Source of the DNA: Psammoneis japonica
Lineage: Eukaryota
Direction: 5' to 3'
Assembly: GCA_008632985.1 (NCBI GenBank)
Contig: QPGO01000117.1
Location: 124,001-188,000 of the forward strand
Length of the DNA stretch: 64,000 bases
The translations under genes and the position numbers were made by a program. Below are positions 1 to 9,996 of this stretch, in pieces. Each line of letters begins with the position of its first letter. Position 1 is the first letter of the stretch. The notes under the pieces are model-generated. The model ran no database searches, was not told the DNA's origin, and saw nothing but the letters and a program-made list of their open reading frames with translations.

Positions 1-831
1 TTCCGCTTGGAACTCATGTTCAGTCCAGGCGCTACAGGGACTCCGATGCACATGAGTGAGCTTGTTAGAGATCTCGACAGTACGCGCTTTGACACTAGTG
101 GGCTAGAGGATATCGGGAAAGATGGATTGACTTGCGAAGAATTAGTGGAGGCTTTTGATGAGTCGATTCAGGCCGGCGTAACCGAGTGTGATGATGAAGA
201 GGATGCACTCGCAGTCGACGACAATACGAAAGGGGATCCCATAGTTGACAAGAAGGCCGCAGCAGCGAATGACAAGGAGTCTGTCCCTCCAGCACCGAAC
301 GCACCCTTGTTGAATTCTGAAGCTGAAGAAGGAGGTGGGGAAAGGAACCCATCAGTGCGAGAGCTAGACACTGTTGAGACACCTGAACAAGCGTTACTCT
401 CCAGAAAGGTGTCGCATTCTTCTTCAAAAGGAAATGGCATTGTCGGGGTGACAAAATCTGCTCTTCGAGTGAAAGAAGATGAAAGCAAACAAGAAACTTC
501 TGACAAAAGCGTCTCTTGGTCAACCTCTGAGGTTCTGTCGTCGAAGCACGACTCTGAAGTTAATTCTCCGTCTGAAAAAACGGAGGAATCACGAAGCGAT
601 GATCGAAAGCTACTTAGTAAAGATGATCAAGAGGTCCAACGCAGTGGAAAAGAGACAGAAGATTACGAGAGCGAGGAGGAGCGCATCGAGCGATTAGCAA
701 GAGTTCTCGCCAGACAATACTTCTGGAGGTCGGTTGCTGTTGTGAGTTTCGTTGCAGGACTCGGCTTTCTCTTTCTAGCGCGAAACATCGCCGAGCCCCC
801 AAGATATGCCCGACGGGGTACACGTAGGTAG
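1..831 (+). CDS. 3' part of an acidic low-complexity protein with a C-terminal transmembrane anchor (probably starts upstream of the window)
   Basis: Frame is open from base 1 to TAG at 829-831. D/E/S-rich, ending in hydrophobic SVAVVSFVAGLGFLFLA plus a basic tail. Normal TpA content. Confidence 0.7.
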   Translation, partial: FRLELMFSPGATGTPMHMSELVRDLDSTRFDTSGLEDIGKDGLTCEELVEAFDESIQAGVTECDDEEDALAVDDNTKGDPIVDKKAAAANDKESVPPAPNAPLLNSEAEEGGGERNPSVRELDTVETPEQALLSRKVSHSSSKGNGIVGVTKSALRVKEDESKQETSDKSVSWSTSEVLSSKHDSEVNSPSEKTEESRSDDRKLLSKDDQEVQRSGKETEDYESEEERIERLARVLARQYFWRSVAVVSFVAGLGFLFLARNIAEPPRYARRGTRR

Positions 832-1041
832 ACCTAGATCAGAGCGGATGTGCCATGACCATTTGTAAAGTCGAGTCAAAGAAAGTCTGTCGAGTTATTT
901 GTTTTGTGCGTGGCATCACCCTACAGCAATCGTTTTTTAAAAATCACATGTACTACAAAATAACACAGTGTGCTCATCGACACTATCAGTCGTCGTCGCC
1001 ACCGCACCATCATCCATGTTTTCATCTTCATGAGTGTAGTC

Positions 1042-2166
1042 TTAAAATGGGGCTTCCTCGACATCTGGCTCATCAAAACTGAGCTGAACGGGTAGTTTTT
1101 TGTCGTCATTTTCGGGAGATTCGTCGATGCTCAATTCGGACATCACCCACACGAGGGACCTCGCATTCTCGGCCGCCATCTCGACCGATTGACAGGTGAC
1201 AATCATAAGGAGGTACGTGAGGCTTCCAGCTTCTCGACCTTCTTCAACACGTGCCAATACAATGTAGATCAAAATTGCCGCCGGAGTACCCACCAAAATC
1301 CCGTTCAAGAGTATTGCACAAAAATTGAAGCATACGACCATGGTTGCCACATTGCATACTGTGAGGCAGCATACAACCAGAAGAAACCCTTGCGAAACCA
1401 CTTGAAGGATTATTGATATTCGCAGAAACTTCCCATTCTGTGGAGAAAACGCAGAGGGCGCAAAATAGTCCGTTTCCCAGTTCGCTTTGGAGAAAGCGAT
1501 TATCGGCAGAATACCAACAAGAATTATGGCGACCACCAAAGACTTGCCATAGCTGCACTTTGCGTTTTTCTTTGTCAGTGCTAACTTTTTCCGAATCGCC
1601 CGAGCCTTTTCCAAATCATTGTCATCATCGGCCTTCTTTGCCTTCTTTTTCATGTTCTTGTACTCCCGGACAGTTTGGAATGTGAGCACCAAATCAAGGA
1701 TCTCCAGAATGCAAGCCATGCAGAACGAGAGAAGAAAGGTAAGCCTGTCATCCTCATACTGGACAGCGGCGTCCACGGTGTAGTCATTGATAACAAACAA
1801 TGCGAGGGCGAGGCCTGAGCAAACAAACTCAAGGAAGGCAAAGAAGACGTGCCAATTGGAGTATGTTCCACAAGCCATCATCGACTTCAATACGCTCAGT
1901 CCAGAGGATATCAGAATAAGAGCATCCTGAGCATTGGTTTGAATGATGAAACTGTTGTCCGAAGGGATCCCATCAGTCGGCAAATTTGATTGAGCATTCG
2001 TCTGCTCTAAAAGAGAAACACTGTCTTCTGGGCGGTTTTCTCCGATACTTGTCACAAGAGCAGGCAAAGTGACAAGAAACAGGGTGATGGTCGCAGAAAA
2101 GGTGCGTTGGTGGACAAATTGAAATCGGCATTGCCTTTGCCATAATTTGCCACTAGACAGGTACAT
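1042..2166 (-). CDS. Multi-pass membrane protein of unknown function
   Basis: 374-aa ATG ORF with an N-terminal hydrophobic segment, about 6-7 further hydrophobic helices and an acidic C-terminus. Confidence 0.7.
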   Translation of the reverse strand: MYLSSGKLWQRQCRFQFVHQRTFSATITLFLVTLPALVTSIGENRPEDSVSLLEQTNAQSNLPTDGIPSDNSFIIQTNAQDALILISSGLSVLKSMMACGTYSNWHVFFAFLEFVCSGLALALFVINDYTVDAAVQYEDDRLTFLLSFCMACILEILDLVLTFQTVREYKNMKKKAKKADDDNDLEKARAIRKKLALTKKNAKCSYGKSLVVAIILVGILPIIAFSKANWETDYFAPSAFSPQNGKFLRISIILQVVSQGFLLVVCCLTVCNVATMVVCFNFCAILLNGILVGTPAAILIYIVLARVEEGREAGSLTYLLMIVTCQSVEMAAENARSLVWVMSELSIDESPENDDKKLPVQLSFDEPDVEEAPF

Positions 2167-2189
2167 TATTTTGGTTGTGTCGATTCTCT

Positions 2190-4900
2190 TTGCTATGCGT
2201 CACTGCTTTGTTTTTTTCTTTTTCTTTTTTAATGTTGTGCGCCAAGATGTTGCTTGTTGTTCTTTGCATGCATGCACCTCGCATCGTCGCCTGTTTCCGA
2301 CGCACGACTGGACCAATCGTGGATGTGCGCAGACTCGACTCGACTCGACTTTAGTGTGTTGCGTTGTTGCTGCCAAAGACTTGTGTGTGCCCCACTCGCT
2401 CTCATCCTCTCTCACCCTCTGGCGACTGCTCTTTTTTCTGTGGTCTCCAGCCAGAACTTGACACAAGCCTCAACAAAACCTGGATTGAGCCGCTGGCAGC
2501 CAGTTTTGTCACCCAGGCACATGGATGGGGGCCACAATTAATTGCCCGGCCTTTTTGGTGACAGGACCTTGCCAAGCAATGCAGCTGCTCTTGGGCCCCA
2601 ACCACTGCTGCTGACCACCAGAGCAGAGAGTGCCAAGAAGCCCCGGTCATTCCACAGACAGTTTTGGAAAAAATCAACCACCGCAGCACGTGCAAGCAAC
2701 AAGCAATTTCACAAAGCCCCAAATGGGGCACTGGTTGGCCACAAATGGTCAGTGCCTCAATCTGCTCTGGTGGTGGAAAAAGCCCATGTGCCAAAACACT
2801 GTGCTCTGGATCCACAGCAAGCATTGCCAACAACCAGTGCAGCTCAACAGCGGCTGGTGCCCTTGAGCTTGCACCAGCTGCACAGCACAAGTGCAGTCTT
2901 GGAGCATGCCAACACTCATTGGCAGCACACATGACCAAGTCAAACACCTTTCTCTTGCCCTGTCCTTGCCAGATTGTGTGACAAGGTTTGAACAGGATTG
3001 CAGTTGTGTGTGATTTGTCGTGCTCTGTTCTGGCTTGTTTTGTGAGCAGAGGCACGTGTGCTTCTTGGCTCCACATGCTCTCAAGCCACGTGGTTCACAA
3101 GAACAATGACAGCAGTGCCAATGTCACAATGCACATCTCTTGGCTCCTGCAACAGCCTCTGCATGGAGACTCATCTGCTGTTTTGACAGCAGCAAGGAGT
3201 GCTGTTTCCTTTCTCCATGCTTGTTTTCAACTTCTGTCAGATCAACAGTCTTGCTCATTGTCTCATCCATTGAGTGGTCAACGCTGTTGCTGTTGCCATC
3301 TGATGACACCTGCTGCATTGGCAGAAGTCTGTACATGAGTTGCTTGTTGCCGGGCATTGCTTTTGATTGGCTCAGTTGCTCCAGATAAGAGCAGGTGTGT
3401 CACAGAGCTGTTCCAGCAGTGCATTTTTTCAAGGCAGCCACCTGACACCAGCACTTGAGCATTTGATTTAGCAGCAATGCCAGTGCTGTTTAAAGTCGCT
3501 GTTGCAGCAGCTGTTGTTCAAATGCTTGGCTGCATTGGGTTGCAGCATGCTTCCAAAATGCTGCAAGCTGGGGCTGCTGTGCATGTCAATTGCTGCTCCT
3601 GCTGGGAACAGCCACCTGCCAGCCAACAAGTTCACCCAACCAATGAAGGGGCAGCTTGCCCATGCTTGTCTTCCAATCTGGGTTGACAAAACAATGAGCC
3701 TGATCTTTTGCAACAACACATGTTGCACAGAGAAGCTGAGATTTGAAGTCTTTGGCAAGCAGCTCTGGCAGGCACCACAAGCTGCATGCCCCAAGAACCA
3801 AGGCCAGTGTTTGCAGCTGTGCAGCATTCAAGGGAAAGCATGGCATGGCAGTCAAGCCATCCAAAGGTGCACACAGCAGTGCTTGAGTGCATCTTGGCAT
3901 TTCAGATGCCACCATCTCATCAGTTGCAGGCATTGAAAAGGTGTGCTTGGTGCACCTTGTGCTTGCAAGCTTTCCAAACATGCAAGTCCAATGATGCCCA
4001 ATGTCCTTGCACATGTTGCTGGGCTTCTTCAGGAGCAGAGCTCTGGTGGGGGGTCATCTTTCCCAATGGACAGGCACCCAGCAACACAGCTCTGGCAGTG
4101 GCTTCTCCAATTGTCTCTTCAGGCAGCACAAGGGGCTTTTTGCACTGCTTTCCTGGAAGCAGTGAAAGTGCTCAAGAGCTGCACCCCCTCTCTGACAAAA
4201 GAGGTTGAAGACACTCAAAGTGTGAAGGGCTGCACCACATTCCATGAAGGAGCACAGATGGAACACCTTTCTCTCCCACCCCTTCAACTGTTGCCGCCAT
4301 GTTCTGCAAGCAACAAGAGCACCAACAGAGACAGCACAGGTGGTTGCAGCACTTCTGAGTGACGTTGTTGGAAATGGGAGCAGGGTGGGGTCTTGGAGAC
4401 ATCCCTGTTGCTGCACTTCTACCCTGAAACTCTGGAATGTGTCCCATCACACCAGAGAGTGCTGCCTCAGAGGTGCTCATCATGGCTCCTGAGTGCTTCG
4501 CATTGAGGACAGTTGAGCGCATCTCAAAGGACCAAGCCAGAAGCCAGCTGGCCAGTGGCTGCTCTCACTGCAGTGGCTGGCTCTAGAGAGAGAGACAGTG
4601 TTTCTCTAGAGGCCCACTCCAGCAGCTGGCCCTTGCCACTGGGGCCCTGGTGCTCCAGTTGGAGGGCCCTGTTCACAGTCACAGTGGAGTGAGCTCAACA
4701 CCGTGATGCTCAACACCACCTGATCCTTGGACAAGCAAGATTGATGCACTGTTCCGACTTGTGCAAACCATCTGGCCCCACAACTCACATGACAGGCAGC
4801 AAGATGAAAGCAAGGAAGACCCCACTGGAAATGGAAACAGGATGTCATGGTTTGGGACACGAGTGCCATCGCCGCGAGTGCCGCATCTTTGCGATCTTTG
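2190..4900. mobile_element. Degenerate repeat/TE-derived domain depleted of both TpA and CpG
   Basis: Very few TA or CG, with TG/CA excess. 2979-3340 is a diverged copy of the repeat at 59764-59991 and 62720-63120. No credible intact ORF. Confidence 0.65.
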
Positions 4901-5152
4901 CTCAATTGCTCATGAGTCCTTCGTATCGAGGATAGTTGAGCGCGCTACAAAGGACCAGGCCATGATCGATCACATCGCTCGATCTTAGGGCCTATTATCT
5001 ATCGCTCGCTCGCTCGCTATCGCTCGATCGTATCGATCCTGCGATGCTATTCTATGCGATGCTCTGACCACTTGATCCTTGGATGGACGAAACTGATAGA
5101 CGCTCGGGTTCCGACTTGTACAATCCATCCAGCCCCATGACTCGCCTATGAC
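4490..5152 (+). repeat. Local direct duplication spanning the domain boundary (4490-4538 ~ 4913-4961; 4718-4795 ~ 5069-5152)
   Basis: tgagtgcttcgcattgaggacagttgagcgc vs tgagtccttcgtatcgaggatagttgagcgc; gttccgacttgtgcaa vs gttccgacttgtacaa. Confidence 0.75.
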
Positions 5153-5275
5153 AAGAGAAAGTCTGCTAGAAGACAGAAGCCAATTGTGTTGTCCCTGAAT
5201 CCCTGGCTACTCTTACAGTTTCCAGAAATAAACAATCTACCACAAGGACTTGGAATTCTTCAATTCTACAGATTT

Positions 5276-6199
5276 CTAAAAGTCATACACCCGCTTCATA
5301 TTAACCTCGCGCCAGGAAAAGTTATAGGCATCGATCCAATTCAGTACGCACACGCCATCTCTATGCAAATGAAAGTAGGGACAATCGTAATATGGATTAC
5401 CAAGACAGCCGTCCCACAAGAACATTTCGTCCCGACTTTGTCGTTCCCATTCCACCCCGCCATCTTTATTGCGAACTTGAATGGTTCCATTTGTCTCGAG
5501 CCAAAAATACCAGTCCTCGACACCCACCGCGTCGGCGTTGGGGCTAAAGAACTCTATCGTCCTCCCTCGGTTTTGACAATCTACCCACATTAGGGCACCT
5601 TCATAGCTTAGTCCAAAGGCATAACGATACCCTCCCTTGGAGCACAGAGCTCTTCCTGCACGCAAGGGACTTTGATTGCCGTGTCGATCAGCGTGGCCTT
5701 GACCGAGTCCGTCTGTTAGGCACTCAAAGTCGTTGGTGCAAAAGGGGAATATCGTTTCTCCCCGCGTGGGATACTCTGTCGGAAACACTGTGGGCGAAAA
5801 TGTGGGAAAGGTTCCAAACGATGGTGACAGGGATGGTTCCTCTTGAGTTATGGTTTGCGATGGTGATAATGCAGGAGTCGGTGTAGGTGAAACCACAACC
5901 GATGGAGTTGCAGTGCTGTTGGAGATCCCCCCGGACCCGGACGTGCCGTTCGATCCAAGGCTGTTGCTGTTTGCTTCTGAATCTTTATTCGAGTCACCAC
6001 TGTCATTGCCTGTGGTTACTACTACAATGGCCGTGACAGCGCCTGCAATAAGTAGAGCGATAACTCCCGCTATAGAAAGCCGAAAAAGGAGCCGCTTACG
6101 CTCATCAGGTGCAAACTTGGAAGAATTTCCTTCCGTCTTGTTCGTCTGTTCAGGCTTAATTTCGTCCACCTCCTTGTTTCCACTGGAATCATCGTTCAT
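5276..6199 (-). CDS. Type II membrane protein with a Ser/Thr/Pro stalk and a C-terminal beta-rich, bulb-lectin-like domain
   Basis: ATG at 6199 (MNDDSS). Single TM (IAGVIALLIAGAVTAIVVV), PT/SP stalk, then segments FGLSYEGALMW, FWLETNGTIQV..VEW and FHLHRDGVCVL resembling B-lectin repeats. Confidence 0.7.
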   Translation of the reverse strand: MNDDSSGNKEVDEIKPEQTNKTEGNSSKFAPDERKRLLFRLSIAGVIALLIAGAVTAIVVVTTGNDSGDSNKDSEANSNSLGSNGTSGSGGISNSTATPSVVVSPTPTPALSPSQTITQEEPSLSPSFGTFPTFSPTVFPTEYPTRGETIFPFCTNDFECLTDGLGQGHADRHGNQSPLRAGRALCSKGGYRYAFGLSYEGALMWVDCQNRGRTIEFFSPNADAVGVEDWYFWLETNGTIQVRNKDGGVEWERQSRDEMFLWDGCLGNPYYDCPYFHLHRDGVCVLNWIDAYNFSWREVNMKRVYDF

Positions 6200-6592
6200 T
6201 TCAGATATATGCGAAATATTTTGAAACAAAAAAGGAAGTTATTCAAAAGATAGTTCGTTCCATAGCGACGCAAGCAGCAACCTCAAACCGTTGGGATTGT
6301 GATTTTCCGTGAGCACGAAACGCAAAAATTTCGAATTCAAGGAGCGCGGGAAAGGAATGAACGTAAACAGCTTTGAATACAGAATATGCCGCGGAGTTGT
6401 CCACGCCTATTTTTGACCGCGACACACATCGCAGAGGACCAAAACAACAGGATCAAGCCGTACTTTACGATAGAGAGAGCCTTCGATTAGCGGAAGGTAA
6501 CATGGCGCCGCATGGAGAATGCGAGAGACCTCGTAGTAGCAAAGCCACGAGAGAGGGTCTTCGGGAAGAAATTCTTGCAGTTGCCGTGAAGA

Positions 6593-7036
6593 ATGCAAGA
6601 AGGCGGTTCTTCATCCCCAGCACGGACAACGCTGTTGGTGGCATCAAATACAAACTTTGTCATGATTGACAGCGGCTGCAATAGCATGCTCCTACCTTTT
6701 CTGAGCAATGCAGATGATCTGCGCCTTTTCGAAGATGAGATTTTCACGTGGCAAACCTTCTGGTCGAAAGGCACGGGAACAGTCCATGCCCTAGTCATCA
6801 GTCGCATCGATAGACTAGCCGTGGGAGATTTTATTTTGGCTGTTCGAAAAGTGATTGAACTCCCATTTCTACGATTTCACCTTGAAGGTACGTCTGCACA
6901 GGCGATGGTCACTCATGAGAGACTAGATGAACAAATGGCCTCAAACTGGTCACTAAGAGTATCTAACCGCCTGCCTCGTCGTTGCCGTCTTATGAGAGCG
7001 GCTTCACAATCGCCAAAACCCCCGTCCGTTCTCTAG
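6593..7036 (+). other. Short ORF with an aspartic-protease-like motif (VMIDSGC); possible fragment
   Basis: Only the hhDSG motif is recognisable. Confidence 0.25.
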
Positions 7037-7094
7037 ACATGGAAACACCTATTGTTACATCATTAGATCCAATGGATAAAGCAGTAGCATTGAA

Positions 7095-9788
7095 TCATGG
7101 AGGAAGCGAATGAAGGAAACGACAGCTCTCCCCTTGCGTGCAACCACCCCCGCTTGTCAAGCCGAAATAGTGACGACAGGCGTTGGGAGTTGCACGCACT
7201 CGCTGCATTGTCTTTTCGTCGAGACTATTCTTAGTGGTCACCTTTGAACGATCGCGGCTCTCTAAAGCCTTTCGACGCTTTCTTTCTATCCAGGCGGGAT
7301 CCGCTCGACGTGCCTCGTCAAGCTCTTGCAGAGCCCGCTTGCGTCTCGCTGACTCCTCTTTGCTCAGGTCGGATCGGGTCTCGTCCGTCGTGGGAAGCAG
7401 CTTTGTCACCCGTAACTCAGCAAGTGACCTGCATACAGTCACTGTGTCTTTTCCTTTGGATGCCTGTTTCGTGCTGGCTTTGCTGAGTGCCTTAAGCGCT
7501 ACCTCCGAGTCTCTCCAGCCTCCACAAAACCAAATTCCGTCAAACGGTGCCTCCTGTCGGGACTTGACGGCGGCGACAAAGGAGTATCGTTCAGGCGGGC
7601 ATACAAAAAAGCACCCCGCTTTCTCCTCAAGCCGCTCCGAAAAGGCGCCAACCCTTGTCGCCCGCTCTCCCCGTCCCGCATCTTTAAACGTGACACCAAC
7701 TTGACCCTTTTTCAGCTCCACCAGGCACCAGAGAAACTGACGCCAAGCAAGTTTTGAAGCCGACCACGCTGGAAGGAGCAATAGGAACGGCGCATCTCTT
7801 TCTTGGGCTTCCCGTTGACGTTCAAGCAAAAATCGAAACAGCTTTTCCTTGTGGTCACTGGAATAGGGCGGATTGGTCAAGAGCACATCGTGGTCGGGCA
7901 CGGAGCCTGCACCAATATCAGCGTAAAAGTCTCGCTTTGCATGAATGACAGAGGGAAACCCAAGCTCCGTCAGAAGGCTCACGACGCGACCTCGGCAATA
8001 GTAAGGATCGTAAATTCGCAAAGATTTATTTTCCAAATCAATCGTTTTGGCGTGTCTCTTCAAAAGCGGCTTGACATGAGCATAAGCCACTTTTGGTGTT
8101 TCGTAATGGTCTCCAAAATCCGTGTCCTGAAATGGCCACTCCATTGCTGCTTCCGAATCGTTTGAGATTAGTCGAGAAGAAGGCTCATTATCTTTAGGAC
8201 TGGGCTGTTTAGAACTCTCGTGAGAAAATGGACAGGTATCACCCTTGGAGCAGTTCCCAAACTTTGAAAAATGAAAACACGGCTTGGTCTTTCGTCGCTG
8301 TTCAGAAAATAACTTCTTCATGGACTCCACTTCATTAATGGCACGGGACAAGTCCTCTGGCAAGGTGCCGATGGGAGGAGAGCGGCCTTGAAAGAGACAC
8401 GGAATTGGCCGGCAGTTGTCACGAACAAGGAGCGGGTCAACCTCGCGAGCCGCCCACGACTGCCTCAAACGCTGTCGTTTTGTCAGTCCTCCCCAAAGAA
8501 CGACAGTCTGTTCAAGAAGTACTTTCCCCTTTTCCTTGCTATGTTGATTTTCCCCGTTTTGCGCTTGGCGACAAAGCTGCTTGAACCTTTCAAGAGTCCG
8601 CTGCTCCAGTTGTAGCCAGAGTGCTTCTAGAGAAGCTATTCTGTCGCGCCACCACCCTCCCAACCGTTTGGAATGCTCAACCCCTTGTCCGTACCATTGT
8701 CGGATCCATTCAAATTCTAGCTCTGTCAGACAAGCCTGCTCTTCTTGCCACTGCTCGGGCGTCCCGTCATTGGATGACGACGAGAGTGCCTTTTCGGCTC
8801 GTGCCTTGACGGATTGTACCGTGTGTCCCTCGACTAGACCGACCCGGTGGGTCGAGGAGTAACGGACACATCCCCTTCCTTGAAGCACGGCATGCTGATG
8901 ATGGTGGTTGAAACTACCAGTCATGTGATAAATATCTCCGTCATGGATAGGTACCGCCACGGCGGGTGTTGTGTTGTCGTCACGTTTCTTCCGTTCCTTT
9001 TCGAGCGCTCGCATGGATGGTCCTTCGACATTTTGTACAAGACGCAACGCCACTCTCCATGGTTCGGATGATGATTCAGGTGGAACAGGACAAGTGTTCA
9101 GCTTTGAATCATCTGTGGCATGGTGTGCGACATAGACCGATATTGTCGAAAAATCTTGCAAACTCGAATCGGCATGCCAACTGACAGAACAAGGACCCAT
9201 TCCAAAAACCTTCTCGGGCTTGGCTCCAGCTCCTCCTACGACATCATCTGACGGATCCATGCGATTGATGAGAGTCAAATTAAACTTTGTCAATCTTTTT
9301 GATGGTTGCTGTTTGGCTCGTTTTTCCAGTTTCTTGGAAAGTTTCTTGAGGCGCTTGGCCGCCTTGGTGGCTTGCGGTCCAGACCAGGGATGCGCAAACA
9401 TTCGCACTCCGAGATAACGATACGTGATTCCGGGTTGACCCACCAAACAGCGGCGAACACGTGTGCGAGCAAGTGGTGTATTATATCCCATGGGTTGTGT
9501 ATAGTCAAAGATGAAACATTTGTTGTCATTCAGTGCGTTCAAGGCCTTTCGAAAGCGCTTGTGAAACTTGTTAGGGACGTGTGACGCCGGTTCGTGAACA
9601 AATCCATCGTACGAACGCTTCAAGCAGTCGTTGAAACTTGCATGATCTGGAGAAAGAAAGGTAGAGGTGTCATCGGATGGCAAGGAAAAGGGTGGCGGTG
9701 GAGTATCGTCCTCGTCTCGCTGTAGCTGTTGATGATCGGCCATGGCGTCACGGCTCTTCAGCATGTTCTGAGATTTTTTCTTTGCCAC
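7095..9788 (-). CDS. FTO: FTO-family 2OG-Fe(II) demethylase fused to a CCCH zinc finger, an NPPY-type amino-methyltransferase domain and a second CCCH finger
   Basis: Uninterrupted 897-codon frame (first ATG 9764). FTO motifs GITYRYLG, FNLTLIN, VSWHADSSL, HHHQHAV, RYSSTHR, LEFEWIRQWYGQG. CCCH CFHFSKFGNCSKGDTCPFSH (~8220-8282). MTase DHYETP..IYDPYYCRG..DFY..VLLTNPPYS..PFLLLLP (NPPY at 7863-7874). Terminal CRHYF..CTQGESCRFLH. Confidence 0.88.
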   Translation of the reverse strand: MAKKKSQNMLKSRDAMADHQQLQRDEDDTPPPPFSLPSDDTSTFLSPDHASFNDCLKRSYDGFVHEPASHVPNKFHKRFRKALNALNDNKCFIFDYTQPMGYNTPLARTRVRRCLVGQPGITYRYLGVRMFAHPWSGPQATKAAKRLKKLSKKLEKRAKQQPSKRLTKFNLTLINRMDPSDDVVGGAGAKPEKVFGMGPCSVSWHADSSLQDFSTISVYVAHHATDDSKLNTCPVPPESSSEPWRVALRLVQNVEGPSMRALEKERKKRDDNTTPAVAVPIHDGDIYHMTGSFNHHHQHAVLQGRGCVRYSSTHRVGLVEGHTVQSVKARAEKALSSSSNDGTPEQWQEEQACLTELEFEWIRQWYGQGVEHSKRLGGWWRDRIASLEALWLQLEQRTLERFKQLCRQAQNGENQHSKEKGKVLLEQTVVLWGGLTKRQRLRQSWAAREVDPLLVRDNCRPIPCLFQGRSPPIGTLPEDLSRAINEVESMKKLFSEQRRKTKPCFHFSKFGNCSKGDTCPFSHESSKQPSPKDNEPSSRLISNDSEAAMEWPFQDTDFGDHYETPKVAYAHVKPLLKRHAKTIDLENKSLRIYDPYYCRGRVVSLLTELGFPSVIHAKRDFYADIGAGSVPDHDVLLTNPPYSSDHKEKLFRFLLERQREAQERDAPFLLLLPAWSASKLAWRQFLWCLVELKKGQVGVTFKDAGRGERATRVGAFSERLEEKAGCFFVCPPERYSFVAAVKSRQEAPFDGIWFCGGWRDSEVALKALSKASTKQASKGKDTVTVCRSLAELRVTKLLPTTDETRSDLSKEESARRKRALQELDEARRADPAWIERKRRKALESRDRSKVTTKNSLDEKTMQRVRATPNACRHYFGLTSGGGCTQGESCRFLHSLPP

Positions 9789-9800
9789 CGTCTTGTATGT

Positions 9801-9919
9801 ATACGTTCACGTAGATGTTAATTTCCGTGTTGGAGGGAAGTCTGTCCTGCACCCACATTTATGGATATATACGTACACTTAGATGTCAATTTCCTGGTCG
9901 GAGGGAAGTCTGTCCAGCA
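9801..9919. promoter_or_regulatory. ~51-bp imperfect direct repeat in a short divergent intergenic region
   Basis: atacgttcacgtagatgttaatttccgtgttggagggaagtctgtcctgca (9801-9851) vs atacgtacacttagatgtcaatttcctggtcggagggaagtctgtccagca (9869-9919). Regulatory role is inferred from position only. Confidence 0.5.
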
Positions 9920-9996
9920 TCAGCGTCATCTATGATCCAGAAGATCTTGGATCTTGATCTTTGATTTTTCAGCGGTGCGACGATGACGACGCAAAA

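Noticed and set aside
4960..5065. gatc/tcgc low-complexity stretch
   Set aside because: Simple or poorly resolved sequence with no interpretable structure.
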